A stretch of DNA of 64,000 nt from Sulfolobales archaeon (GTDB lineage Archaea; Thermoproteota; Thermoprotei_A; Sulfolobales; NBVN01), in assembly GCA_038841535.1 (NCBI GenBank), contig JAWBTQ010000004.1, positions 1 to 64,000 on the forward strand, written 5' to 3'. This document shows positions 48,851 to 58,862 of this stretch, in pieces. Within the stretch, counting starts at the first letter, position 1; the number at the start of each line of letters is the position of its first letter. Position numbers and translations under genes: made by a program. Below the pieces are notes generated by a model. It did not search any database. It was given only the letters and a program-made list of their open reading frames with translations, and was not told the origin of the DNA.

Positions 48851-49180
48851 CTAAAACGGTGCCCCTATCCCAAGAGAGTTTGTGACCTCCCGAATACCCA
48901 TCTTAAGAGCTACTACATCTAGCTCTAGCTTCATAAAGTAGCATCTTTGCTCTAAGACTTCTCTACCGTCTATATACACCACGATCACTACCTCTTCTAA
49001 ATCCCTACTAACTCTATATGACCCGTATGCTATAGCCTCCTTTGAGGTATCTTCTAAAGCTCTAAGAACTCTGATTACGTAGTCGTTTAACTTCTCATTA
49101 TTACCTAAATAGGCAACGACAGCTATTCTACTGCTGTAAACGAGCTTTCTCACGTCCTCTACGTCACTTAGTAGTCTCAT
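48851..49180 (-). CDS. Hypothetical protein (thioredoxin-like fold without CxxC)
   Basis: 109-aa ORF coupled to the upstream gene; ..VYIDGREV..Q pattern. Confidence 0.5.
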   Translation of the reverse strand: MRLLSDVEDVRKLVYSSRIAVVAYLGNNEKLNDYVIRVLRALEDTSKEAIAYGSYRVSRDLEEVVIVVYIDGREVLEQRCYFMKLELDVVALKMGIREVTNSLGIGAPF

Positions 49181-50015
49181 TTGAGCACCTCGACTGATAT
49201 ATTTTCTTTACCATCTCTTTCTCGGATTTATTCAAGAATACTTCTATGTCTACTGGGAGGCGGTTACCCGACGGAAGCTTTATCTCTAGGTCGTTCATTA
49301 AGACGTAATCGTACTTTAACATTTTCCCGAGCTCCGAGCAGTCCAACGAGAGCAGTACCTCCATGAGCCTGTTGCAAAAGTTTGTAGATACCTTAACTTC
49401 CTTTTCTGACACTGTGGCACCACAGATTAAACACACTAAGTCGGGCATCAATGAGTTAAAACCGCACCTAGGGCAAGCAACTGGAAGCACCGGGGTTCTG
49501 GTTTTAGACCAGGCAACTCCCCATTTGTACCTCAGTGAGTCCAATAAGTCGCTTCTACCCAACCTAACGATCCAGTGGTAGATTTTAGGAGCTAGCTCGA
49601 GTATAGGATCTCCAACATATGCGACAATAAACTCTAGCTGATCTGCCGACGGATTCTCGAGGAGATTTGTAAGTCTAGCTACTATAACTGGAAAAACTTT
49701 GTCTGAGTTTCTAGTCAGTCTTTTTGCTATGTCTTCAGCAGACTTATAGCTACTAGTCGATCCGTAGAGCTCTACTAGTATGTCTTTCAGTACCTCGACC
49801 CATAATTCTCTATTGATGCCAAGGTAATCTAAGCCAGCTCTAGACACAACTTCATCGATGTTTTTCTCAATCCATGACTCGAGATCCACTTCTCTTTTAC
49901 TTGAAGGCTTCTTACGGAGCTCCTCTTTCTTTTCTTCGACCTGCTTCTTTGGTTTCTCTCGGCTCTGCTTAGCCGGCTCTTCCTCGTCAGCAGACCTCTT
50001 GCTTTTCCTCGCCAC
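49164..50015 (-). CDS. Hypothetical zinc-ribbon protein
   Basis: CPRCGFNSLMPDLVCLICG, charged N-terminus, GGAGG SD. Confidence 0.7.
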   Translation of the reverse strand: MARKSKRSADEEEPAKQSREKPKKQVEEKKEELRKKPSSKREVDLESWIEKNIDEVVSRAGLDYLGINRELWVEVLKDILVELYGSTSSYKSAEDIAKRLTRNSDKVFPVIVARLTNLLENPSADQLEFIVAYVGDPILELAPKIYHWIVRLGRSDLLDSLRYKWGVAWSKTRTPVLPVACPRCGFNSLMPDLVCLICGATVSEKEVKVSTNFCNRLMEVLLSLDCSELGKMLKYDYVLMNDLEIKLPSGNRLPVDIEVFLNKSEKEMVKKIYQSRCSNETTK

Positions 50016-50130
50016 AATCCTCCCATAAGCTTATTGCTCCGGGGAATAATAAACTACGTCAAATCACGCGCAGTATACACCTTTCAAATGCATCACGATT
50101 TCCTCACATAGAAGTTGAGTTATGGATTGC

Positions 50131-50178
50131 TCAGAGGAGGTTCATTCACTCATCAATCGTCTCGGCAACGCTCATCAT
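50131..50178 (-). ncRNA. C/D box methylation-guide sRNA
   Basis: Minus strand: C ATGATGA, GCGTTGCCGAG, D' ACGA, C' TTGATGA, GTGAATGAACCTCCT, D CTGA; AT-rich promoter upstream. Confidence 0.75.
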
Positions 50179-50414
50179 CAAGCGTCAAGACTTATACGTT
50201 TTAGTAAATAAAAATAGGCACTTCACGTTAAAACTAAACCTTCTTCAAGAGCGTAGTTTAACGCATAGATTCCGGTACGGGTCTTCTATCGTCTTTTAAG
50301 GTACGATATTCAATCATTCACTGACGTAGAGCAAGTCCGACTACACGAATATGAACGATAGCAGGAGCTCTGGGGAACCATCCGTGTGTAAAATCGGTAA
50401 GAGCGCTAGAAAAT

Positions 50415-52265
50415 CTACTTCGGGAGGTAGTTTAGTGTAGGCCTCTTACTTAAATACAGGGGAGTTGCTTGAGGTATCTGGGGATAAGAGCCGACATCTT
50501 TCTTGATGACTTCGACTAGTTCTTCTAACTTCATAGCTTTCTGCGTCCCTCCCTCTCTGATTCTCACATTAACTGTTTTTGTACTGTATTCTCTCTCACC
50601 AACTACTACACAGTATGGAATCCACTCTACTCCAGCTTCTCTTATTTTCTTTGCGAGACTGAGATCTCTATCGTCTAGGTCTGCTCTTATTCCGCAACCT
50701 ACAAGGTAGTTTAATACATCCCTTGCGTAATCCAAGTACTTCTGGGATACAGGGATTATTCTCGCTTGGATGGGAGCTAACCAGGTAGGAATTATTGGGA
50801 CTTGCCCACGCTTCTTTCTGAATATAGCCGTATCTATAACGGCGTAGATGTATCTCTCAATAGAGCCTATAATAGCCGTGTGAATTATTATTGGGTAGCT
50901 CTCCTCTCCGTTTTCGTTAACGTACTTAATGCCGAACCTCTTGGCGTTACCTACGTCGATCTGGAAAGTAGCGATCTCGGCGGGCTTACCCAAAGTGTCT
51001 ATGATGATGTACTCAACATTTACAACCCAATAATACATGCCTGAGGGTAGTATGGCTACTAGGGCAGCTCTACCATCACCCCTAACGAGCTTAACTAAGT
51101 CATCAAAGTGTTCTCTATAGAAATCCTCCGTCACGTTATAGAGAGCGACATACCTACGTCCGAGCCTCCCCATCTCTTCGTGTATCTTTCTTTGAACTAG
51201 CTCACTAAGTTCTAAGGCTTCCTGAATATCTTTCGCGAATATGTGGAGATCAGGCATTGAGAATTTTCTCAACCTAAAGCATATCTGTAGTTCACCTGGT
51301 TGTTCGTATCTATAGCTATCAGCTACTTCGAAGACGCCGAAAGGCATATCTCTATAGCTGATTATCCAGTCCTTAACCATTGCGAACTGTTGGTGGCAGG
51401 CAGCATATCTGAGTACGTGAGTACCTCTGTCAGTTTCAACTTCGTACAGCCTATCTCCAAAGAGCTCGGCGTGTTCCTTTATCGGCTTGAACCTAGTGTT
51501 GAACATGTTAGTGCCTCTAACCCTCATCAAGGGTATGCCGAGAGACTTCGCAACTTCCCAAGCATAATTCGAAACAGCTTCTACCATGACCGTAGCGTGC
51601 GGCCCATACCTCATGTGACCGGCATCGGACATAGGTTCCCACTCGAATCCAAACCTATTGCAGGCCTCAGAAACCTCAGGCTCACCCCCGGGAAGCTCCT
51701 TCTTGAAGACCTCCTTCGATATGAGGATCTTAAGTTCCTGATCTTCTCCATTACTTAGGTAACTCCCAGGATCGACTACTTCACCGGTAGGCAGTAAAAC
51801 AACGTACCTTTTCTCGACAGTCTTAGCCTTTCTAACTTCTTCAGCTTTAAACTCTCGTGAGAGCTCTGACAGTGGATGTCCAAAGCACTCGAGTTTAAAT
51901 TCTTTGTACCAGCCGAAAGGAGCTCTATAAACTTTAATACCTCTGCTCCCTAACTCCGCCTCCAGCTCGGAGAGCAGCAGTAGGGATTCCTCAGGATCTG
52001 CCAGATTCTTGGATAGGTGGGCGTACGGATAGAGAACGACTGTGTCAGCCCTAACGCTAGTGAAGACCTTAACTACATCATCAGCCGCACTTCTTACTAG
52101 AGCGTGAAGAGCAGAGCCATCACCTCTCTCAACTGTAATAAAAACTACTAAGGCATTAGAGAACTTTCCAGAAGAGTTCTCAGTTGTTAGGGGTTCCGCA
52201 GTATCTATAGCTTTCTCTAAGGCATTGTACTCAAAGTTCCTAGCGTGTATGAGTAGAGTTCTCAT
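50415..52265 (-). CDS. thrS: Threonyl-tRNA synthetase (archaeal type with N-terminal editing domain)
   Basis: LYPYAHLS, RAPFGWYK, GHPLSELSR, YAACHQQ, TFQID, H..IIGSIER. Confidence 0.96.
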   Translation of the reverse strand: MRTLLIHARNFEYNALEKAIDTAEPLTTENSSGKFSNALVVFITVERGDGSALHALVRSAADDVVKVFTSVRADTVVLYPYAHLSKNLADPEESLLLLSELEAELGSRGIKVYRAPFGWYKEFKLECFGHPLSELSREFKAEEVRKAKTVEKRYVVLLPTGEVVDPGSYLSNGEDQELKILISKEVFKKELPGGEPEVSEACNRFGFEWEPMSDAGHMRYGPHATVMVEAVSNYAWEVAKSLGIPLMRVRGTNMFNTRFKPIKEHAELFGDRLYEVETDRGTHVLRYAACHQQFAMVKDWIISYRDMPFGVFEVADSYRYEQPGELQICFRLRKFSMPDLHIFAKDIQEALELSELVQRKIHEEMGRLGRRYVALYNVTEDFYREHFDDLVKLVRGDGRAALVAILPSGMYYWVVNVEYIIIDTLGKPAEIATFQIDVGNAKRFGIKYVNENGEESYPIIIHTAIIGSIERYIYAVIDTAIFRKKRGQVPIIPTWLAPIQARIIPVSQKYLDYARDVLNYLVGCGIRADLDDRDLSLAKKIREAGVEWIPYCVVVGEREYSTKTVNVRIREGGTQKAMKLEELVEVIKKDVGSYPQIPQATPLYLSKRPTLNYLPK

Positions 52266-52575
52266 GCTTGCCCGTAGAGAAAACTAAAACGATAAAATAA
52301 GGCTCTAATATAGCTCAAACCCCAGTTTATACTCTGGGTTGTTCCAAGTCAGCCTAGAGGTGCTTATCACTCCTTCAGGTAGTTCTCCTATGGGAACTAT
52401 AAGTCCCTGAAACCTAGGTTTGCTAATGGGTCACTAAACTGAATATTAAGATAGCTCGAAGGGGTTAATTTCATCGAGCTAGTAGGTAGCACCTCAGATT
52501 AAAGTACTTTAGAGTCGTTGAGAACTAAAGAAATCTCTAAACCGAAATACGCGGGCAACTTATAGTCCGCACTAA

Positions 52576-53811
52576 CTAAGTTCTTGAAATCACCATTTTC
52601 TCTGGGTCCAGCAGCTTAGTACTCAATAGGATTAGTACTATAGAGAACGCTAAAGAATAAGTTAAATACGCAACTGCTCTTAAAAGCTCTCCGAGCGATG
52701 TCCTGATGACCGCAGACGCTAGTGAGGCGTAAGGTATGGCTAGTAATATAGACATCGGCACTCTGAACTCGTCTAGGTTAACAAATAAAGAGGCTAGATA
52801 TGTTACTGAAGCTATCCCTATTACTGATGCGGATGAGATGCTTGCTGCCCTTATGGATGGAGACCTGAGGACTATAGGGAGGGATATAGAGAGAGACACA
52901 AGTATCGAGGTGTAGGAGGAACAGAAGAGCACTACTAGAACCTCTGGAGAGATATATTTAGCTACATTGGTTGAGTATACTACAGTTGGTGCTAAGTAAA
53001 GTAGTACAGCACCTACTACACTACTAACACCTCCGACTAAGCCGACTAAACTAGCAGCGAGAGACTTTCCTAGGATGAAAGATCTTCTGCTAATGGGTGT
53101 CGAGAGAAGCTTCTCAAGAGTTTTTCTCTCTTTTTCTCCAACTAGCGAGTCAGCTATATAGGACGCCGCTGGTGTTGTTACAAACGCTAGACTAACCGCC
53201 AGCATTCTACTCAAATAGAGGCGGAGCTCCTCCCCAGCTTCGGCAGGTCTTCCGGCAGGTGTTAGCACAACAGTCCTTAGAGCTATAGGGTTAAGAACGG
53301 CTTCTGTTTTTACAACTAAATTAGCTAGCCTCCCAAGGTTATAAATCTTAGCTTCCGAAACCGCTCTTGAGATGTGATTAAGCAACAGCTCTACGTAGGT
53401 AACAGCTTGATCGACCCTGGGCGAGCCAAGTCTTTTAACTAAAATTACGGATGCTTGGTGTTCGTAGCTAGTTAAGTTTGCTACAAAGCCCACCGGAATC
53501 TTGAGGATTACTTGGGCTACCTCGGTTTCCTCACTTGTAGTAAGAAAACCAAAGTGCGTTAGATAATCTCGCAAGAAGAGCGCTATGGATTGTGAGCTTA
53601 CACTAAAGTTACCTATAGACGCCTCAGATAGGTCTTCGTCTATTACGGCTATGACTACTTCCTGAACTGCTGGTAGATAAACGAGTACAACACCCATAAA
53701 CGGGAGGGTCACGATAGGTGTTAAAATGACCATTAGCAAGGTCTTTTTATCCCTAAGCATCTCCTTAACTTCTTTCCAGAGGACTATGCTGAGGTCACGC
53801 ATTTTCGCCAC
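52576..53811 (-). CDS. ABC-2 type permease (NatB-like)
   Basis: KE..E.LRD, GEKERKTLE.LLSTP. Confidence 0.88.
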   Translation of the reverse strand: MAKMRDLSIVLWKEVKEMLRDKKTLLMVILTPIVTLPFMGVVLVYLPAVQEVVIAVIDEDLSEASIGNFSVSSQSIALFLRDYLTHFGFLTTSEETEVAQVILKIPVGFVANLTSYEHQASVILVKRLGSPRVDQAVTYVELLLNHISRAVSEAKIYNLGRLANLVVKTEAVLNPIALRTVVLTPAGRPAEAGEELRLYLSRMLAVSLAFVTTPAASYIADSLVGEKERKTLEKLLSTPISRRSFILGKSLAASLVGLVGGVSSVVGAVLLYLAPTVVYSTNVAKYISPEVLVVLFCSSYTSILVSLSISLPIVLRSPSIRAASISSASVIGIASVTYLASLFVNLDEFRVPMSILLAIPYASLASAVIRTSLGELLRAVAYLTYSLAFSIVLILLSTKLLDPEKMVISRT

Positions 53812-54556
53812 CGGCTAATTTAACGAATGCTTCTTCAAGATCTCCCGCTCCCGCATCGGCTAATATCTGCTCTATACTACCAACAGCAACGATTCTTCCG
53901 GAATGAATTAAGGCTACTCTATCACATAGCTTACTTACTTCAAACATGTTATGAGAAGAGAAGATTATGGTAGTACCAAACTCTTTGGCAAACTGCTTTA
54001 TTATCTCTCTAACGTATCTTGCCGAAACCACATCTAAGCCTACCGTTGGTTCGTCAAGTATAGCTAGGCGCGGTTTAACCATTAAGGTTGATGCTACAGC
54101 AACTCTTCTAGACATTCCCTTGCTATAGGTCTCAGCTTTTCTCTTTAAGTCTTGTTCGGAGATGCCGGCAATGGACACACCTAATCTCACGATTTCATCG
54201 ATGTTTTTCGAGCCGAAGTATGTCATCGCGAATAGCTTCATGTTCTCAGATCCAGTAAGCCTTCCGTAGAGATTTGCCTCCTCCGGAAGGTAACTTACGA
54301 ACCTTCTGATTTTATCCACATCCTTTGGTACTCTAAATCCAAAGACTTCGACCTCTCCAGCAGAAGGTTTTAACAGTCCTGCCACGATCCTGAGAAGGGT
54401 GGTCTTACCGGCACCGTTTGGACCAACGATGCCGAAGACCTCTCCTTCAGTTACCTCGAGGTTTATTCCACGTAAGACCTCTCTTTTCCCAAATGACTTA
54501 CGTAAGTTTAAAACTCTAACTACCACCGAGTTACTGAGTCTCAACAAGCTTCTCAC
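53795..54556 (-). CDS. ABC transporter ATP-binding protein (NatA-like)
   Basis: GPNGAGKTT, YSKGM, LDEPTVGLD, SSH. Confidence 0.92.
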   Translation of the reverse strand: MRSLLRLSNSVVVRVLNLRKSFGKREVLRGINLEVTEGEVFGIVGPNGAGKTTLLRIVAGLLKPSAGEVEVFGFRVPKDVDKIRRFVSYLPEEANLYGRLTGSENMKLFAMTYFGSKNIDEIVRLGVSIAGISEQDLKRKAETYSKGMSRRVAVASTLMVKPRLAILDEPTVGLDVVSARYVREIIKQFAKEFGTTIIFSSHNMFEVSKLCDRVALIHSGRIVAVGSIEQILADAGAGDLEEAFVKLAGGENA

Positions 54557-54788
54557 CCACTTTAATGACTTCTAGCGATAGGTAGGCTAACCTAATCAGG
54601 GAATTAAGTGTTGCCCTAAGTGCGGATTCATCTTCAGCGTCGATGATGATGGTGAGACAGCTTCCGAGCAGTTTTAGATAAACCTTAACATTCCTAAGAG
54701 TAATCTTGCTCTCAGGAATTAAAGCCCTCCAAATAGCTGTCGCCACATCCTCGGAACCAAGCTCGAGGTTTATCTCTGCTCTATGCAC
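54531..54788 (-). CDS. pcc1: KEOPS complex subunit Pcc1
   Basis: AL.PE..L.I.I.A.D.SALRA.LNS..RL. Confidence 0.85.
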   Translation of the reverse strand: MHRAEINLELGSEDVATAIWRALIPESKITLRNVKVYLKLLGSCLTIIIDAEDESALRATLNSLIRLAYLSLEVIKVGEKLVETQ

Positions 54789-54868
54789 TCACCACACACC
54801 AGAGAATAATTAGCGGAGAACTTATCAAGGCACGCTTTTGGTTTCTTCCGAGAAAGGCTTAAACGCAA

Positions 54869-55040
54869 AAGCCTAAAGCAACTGTTTTGGGTTTTGTGTT
54901 ATTTTATGTTGCTTGGTAGTTGCGTGGAGGTTACTCGATGGGAGATGAGAGCCTCGTAGATGGGGTAAGGATTCTCCCCGCGGGTAAACCGAGATTTGGA
55001 GGTCTCGGGCATCCCGAGCGCATATCAAAGTTGAACCTCC
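54869..55040 (+). mobile_element. IS200/IS605-derived internally deleted element, copy E
   Basis: Left hairpin AAGCCTAAAGC-AACT-GTTTTGGGTTT, then CCGAGATTTGGAGGTCTC and the end AAAGTTGAACCTCC. Confidence 0.65.
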
Positions 55041-55075
55041 TACTGAGAGCGGGCAGCGCATCGCTCAAGAGCGAG

Positions 55076-55534
55076 CTACTTAGTTTCGCTTAATATTTTT
55101 TTAACGGCTCTCAGGATGTTTATATATCCTGTACACCTACATATATTCCCGATTAAAGCTCTCTTAACATCCTCTATGTTTCTTATCCCTTTGGTGATAG
55201 CGGCATATATTGTAGTGAGAAAGCCGGGAGTACAATAACCGCACTGAATAGCTCCTTCCTCAAGCATGGCGTCTATGATTATCTTGCCTACATGTGTTTG
55301 AGCTATATAGTCTGGTGTGACGACCTCGTAACCGTCAACTTTGGCAGCTAATACCAAGCAGGAAGTTACTGGTTTACCGTTCAAGAGTACGGTACATGAA
55401 CCGCACTCACCAACGCCACAACCATACTTTACGCTCTTTACCTTCAGCTTGTCCCTTAAGACATTTAAAAGAGTCTCGTGAGGCTCTACTTCTACTTCAG
55501 TGACTACCCCGTTTAGTCTAAACTTGATCTTCAT
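55076..55534 (-). CDS. Xanthine dehydrogenase-family small [2Fe-2S] subunit
   Basis: GCGVGECGSCTV, QCGYC, GNICRCTGY. Confidence 0.95.
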   Translation of the reverse strand: MKIKFRLNGVVTEVEVEPHETLLNVLRDKLKVKSVKYGCGVGECGSCTVLLNGKPVTSCLVLAAKVDGYEVVTPDYIAQTHVGKIIIDAMLEEGAIQCGYCTPGFLTTIYAAITKGIRNIEDVKRALIGNICRCTGYINILRAVKKILSETK

Positions 55535-56436
55535 TATTTGTCACCTGCTTGGAGGAATCTCTCATAGGCTTTCCATATAGCGTCTCTAACAAGGATTTTC
55601 GCTACACGGGACCTGTACCAAGCAGTTGACCTAACGTCGTCTATCGGAGCTATCTCGCTTACTACGAGCTCAGAGGCTCGGACGGTAGCTTTCTCCAAGC
55701 TCAAACCGGTAATAGACTTCTCCGTATTCCTCGCCCTTACTGGTGTGGGAGCTACAGAACCAAGAGCTATCCTTACTTCAGATACGATGCCGTCCTCAGC
55801 TCTAAGGAGGACGGCGACACTAACTTTAGCTAAATCGAAAGATGTTCTTCCAATTTTGGCATAACTCCAGCCAAACTTTTGCTGACTTAGAGGTACTTTT
55901 ATCGAGCGAAGTATTTCTCTGCGTTCGAGAACAGTCTTTTTTGGTCCAGTAAAGAACTTCTCTATTGAAACCATTCTGGGACCGTTGAGTGATGCTAACT
56001 CAAGTTCAGCATCGTATGTAAGTAGAGGAGGTACCGAGTCAGCAGCAGGGGATGCGTTGCATATGTTTCCACCTATGGTAGCGAGGTTTCTAATCTGCCA
56101 GGACCCGATCGATTCTACTGCTTCAACTAGTAGAGGCAGAGATTTCTTAACGATCTCGCTCTCCACTAATTCCTGCATAGTTACCGCACTACCAATCTCG
56201 ATGTAGTTACTGTCTGTTCTAATAAACCTCAGCTCACTAAGCTCCGATACATCAATCAATGCCTTTGGCACTACTCTTCTATACTTTAAGTCTACTACGA
56301 GGTCCGTACCACCAGCCACTATCTTAGCGTCCTCGATACTGTTGAGAAGCTCGAGGGCTTCACGAAGATCTCTGGGCTTGTAGTATTCAAACTTTTGTGG
56401 AATCCTATAAGTGTTCACTGAGTTTATTGCGAGCAT
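55534..56436 (-). CDS. Xanthine dehydrogenase-family medium FAD subunit
   Basis: AGGTDL, QIRNLATIGGN..NASPAAD, PIDDVRS. Confidence 0.95.
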   Translation of the reverse strand: MLAINSVNTYRIPQKFEYYKPRDLREALELLNSIEDAKIVAGGTDLVVDLKYRRVVPKALIDVSELSELRFIRTDSNYIEIGSAVTMQELVESEIVKKSLPLLVEAVESIGSWQIRNLATIGGNICNASPAADSVPPLLTYDAELELASLNGPRMVSIEKFFTGPKKTVLERREILRSIKVPLSQQKFGWSYAKIGRTSFDLAKVSVAVLLRAEDGIVSEVRIALGSVAPTPVRARNTEKSITGLSLEKATVRASELVVSEIAPIDDVRSTAWYRSRVAKILVRDAIWKAYERFLQAGDK

Positions 56437-58782
56437 CTAGTCACCTCCCTTGAGGGATTTAAGCACTTTTTCGGGAGTTATCGGAATCTCGTAGAACCTA
56501 ATGCCGATAGCATTATAGATGGCATTAGCAACAGCAGCGATTACCGGGTTCGACGCCGCCTCTCCAAGACCTTTAGCACCGAAAGGTCCGTAGGGCTCGT
56601 AGGTAGACGCAAAGACTACTTTAAAGCTCTCATCGCCCGGAAGGTCCATAATTGTGGGTAACTTGTAGTCGGATAGACTTAGCCTGTGTGCGGGCTCACC
56701 ATCTTCTAAGTAAACTACTTCGTCTCCTACGGCCCAGCTCCACCCTATAGCAAAGCCCCCGTGGATTTGACCAGCCGCTAACTCAGGGCTAATAACTGTA
56801 CCGATGTCGGCCCCAGCCGCAACTCTAACGGGTTTAATAATTCCGGTTTCAGTATCTACTTCCACTTCAACGAAATACACTGTAAAGCTGGGTGGAGCGA
56901 CAGTCGCTCTGTAGCTCACCGAAGCTGATATAGAGCCCCAATTCCTTTGCCAAGCGATTCTAGCTACCTCACTCAAGGAAATTCTCTTCTCTGGAGCCCC
57001 TTCGACAAATATAACGGCGTCGTTTAATTCCTTATCGTACTGGATCCTCAAGGCTTCTGGGCTAACAGCATCTAGTATTCTGGCAGCATATTCCAGAATC
57101 TTCTTTTTTACCTCTGAAGCCGCTCTCCTGGCAGCCTCACCACCAGCAAAAACTCCTCTAGAGGCGTGTGTGCACACGTCGTAAACGGTTGTCGAGCTGC
57201 CGGACCACACTATTCTTATCTTACTTGGTGGAATCTTCAGTTCCTCAGCAATGATCTTGGCGTGGGCATCTAGAGTACCACCACCATGATCCTGGAGAGC
57301 GGTTATGTAGTCGATCGTCCCGTCCTCGTTTACCTTAACTATCGCGCCTGTGTAATCTATAACGGCACCCGAGAGAGGGCCTCCGGCTCCTGAAGTATGA
57401 AAACCCCTTCCAACGCCGATGCCTCTTCTATACCTACCGGTCTTTTCTTTTGGGTTTCCCCTATTTTTCCAGCCTATGAGCTCTGAGCATTTACTTAATA
57501 GCTCTGGGACTCCGTCGCTTCTAATGATAGACCTAACTGTAGGACCTTGACCCCAGAAGATCTCGCCCTTCCCTCTATAGTTTACCAACCTGAAATCAAG
57601 AGGGTCGATTCTCAGTTCTTCAGCTATCTCATCTATTACCGTCTCGACCGCCCAAGTGATTTCTGGGGCACCATAGCCACGTATGGCACAGGAAGGTACC
57701 TTATTTGTGTAAACTGCCTTACCGTGATACCTCAATGCCTTCCACTTATACAGTGAGACGAACCAGCCCAAGCTAGCACCGAGGAGTGGATAAGCTTGTA
57801 TTTGATGAGCACCTATATCAACGATATTCTCTAGCTCTCCAAATGTGATAATACCCTCGCGAGTAGCTCCAGCTCTAACCTTCATATAGAACTCGTAGCT
57901 TGTGTGGTCGTGAACCATGTCTTCTTCTCGGGTTAGTACTAACTTCACCGGCTTTCGGGATTTAAGGCATAAGCTAACAGCTATCAAAGTAACTAGGTTT
58001 GTGTGTATGCTAGACCCGAAACCTCCCCCTATAGGAATCTTTCTTACCTCTAACTTATTCATGGGTATTCCATAGACTTGCGAGATCAGTATCTTAGTGT
58101 TGTGAATAGTTTGTGTCGTAGTCCACACAGTTAGAGACCCGTCTGCCTCTATCTTACAGACAGCTCCCTTGGGCTCCAGCTGCGCGTGATATCTCCTGGA
58201 TGCGTGGAACTTTCTCTCTATAACGACGTTGGATTTTCCTTCTTCCGTTTCTAGGTCACCCTCGGAGTACTTAATTTCAGCAGCAACGTTGTTTCTTACT
58301 TCTATCCACTGCCTTCCTCTCTGAATTCTGTCGTGAATAAGCCTAGTGCCCGGGGACATAGCCCCAAACGGGTCTAGCATGGGTTCGCAGACTTCTTCGA
58401 ACTCCACTCTTAAAGCCTCGAGAGCTTTCTGAGCTGAGTCTTCTGTAGCAGCAGCTACAGCGGCTATTGGTTCGCCGACGTACCGGGGTTCTCTTGTCAG
58501 GATTCTCCAGTCTTTAAATGTGTCCTCTTCCACGCTAACAAGCCTGGGATTAAACAGCACGTCAGGAACGTCTTCCGGGGTTAAAACTACAGCACCCATG
58601 GCCTCTGCTAGAGAGCTATCAATTCTTCTAACTCTAGCGAATGCGTGAGGACTCTTGAGTATTCTCCCGTAGAGCATGCCAGGGATCTCTATGTCGAAGG
58701 TGTACTCAACAAGCCCAGACGCCTTAGCGAAGCCGTCATGGCGTGGTAGACTTTTTCCTATAAATTCATACACTAACTCCAC
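56437..58782 (-). CDS. Xanthine dehydrogenase-family large molybdopterin subunit
   Basis: IGGGFG, AIRGYGAPE, GQIHGG, GAKGLGE; lacks the CO dehydrogenase AYxCSFR motif. Confidence 0.93.
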   Translation of the reverse strand: MELVYEFIGKSLPRHDGFAKASGLVEYTFDIEIPGMLYGRILKSPHAFARVRRIDSSLAEAMGAVVLTPEDVPDVLFNPRLVSVEEDTFKDWRILTREPRYVGEPIAAVAAATEDSAQKALEALRVEFEEVCEPMLDPFGAMSPGTRLIHDRIQRGRQWIEVRNNVAAEIKYSEGDLETEEGKSNVVIERKFHASRRYHAQLEPKGAVCKIEADGSLTVWTTTQTIHNTKILISQVYGIPMNKLEVRKIPIGGGFGSSIHTNLVTLIAVSLCLKSRKPVKLVLTREEDMVHDHTSYEFYMKVRAGATREGIITFGELENIVDIGAHQIQAYPLLGASLGWFVSLYKWKALRYHGKAVYTNKVPSCAIRGYGAPEITWAVETVIDEIAEELRIDPLDFRLVNYRGKGEIFWGQGPTVRSIIRSDGVPELLSKCSELIGWKNRGNPKEKTGRYRRGIGVGRGFHTSGAGGPLSGAVIDYTGAIVKVNEDGTIDYITALQDHGGGTLDAHAKIIAEELKIPPSKIRIVWSGSSTTVYDVCTHASRGVFAGGEAARRAASEVKKKILEYAARILDAVSPEALRIQYDKELNDAVIFVEGAPEKRISLSEVARIAWQRNWGSISASVSYRATVAPPSFTVYFVEVEVDTETGIIKPVRVAAGADIGTVISPELAAGQIHGGFAIGWSWAVGDEVVYLEDGEPAHRLSLSDYKLPTIMDLPGDESFKVVFASTYEPYGPFGAKGLGEAASNPVIAAVANAIYNAIGIRFYEIPITPEKVLKSLKGGD

Positions 58783-58862
58783 CTGCAGGTTACTAGTACC
58801 TTTAGATAAAAGCTGAAGCTAATATTTGGTATGTACCTATTAAGTTTCGGAGATGATGGGAT

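Noticed and set aside
56437-58782. Aerobic CO dehydrogenase
   Set aside because: The active-site loop is AIRGYG, not AYxCSFR.
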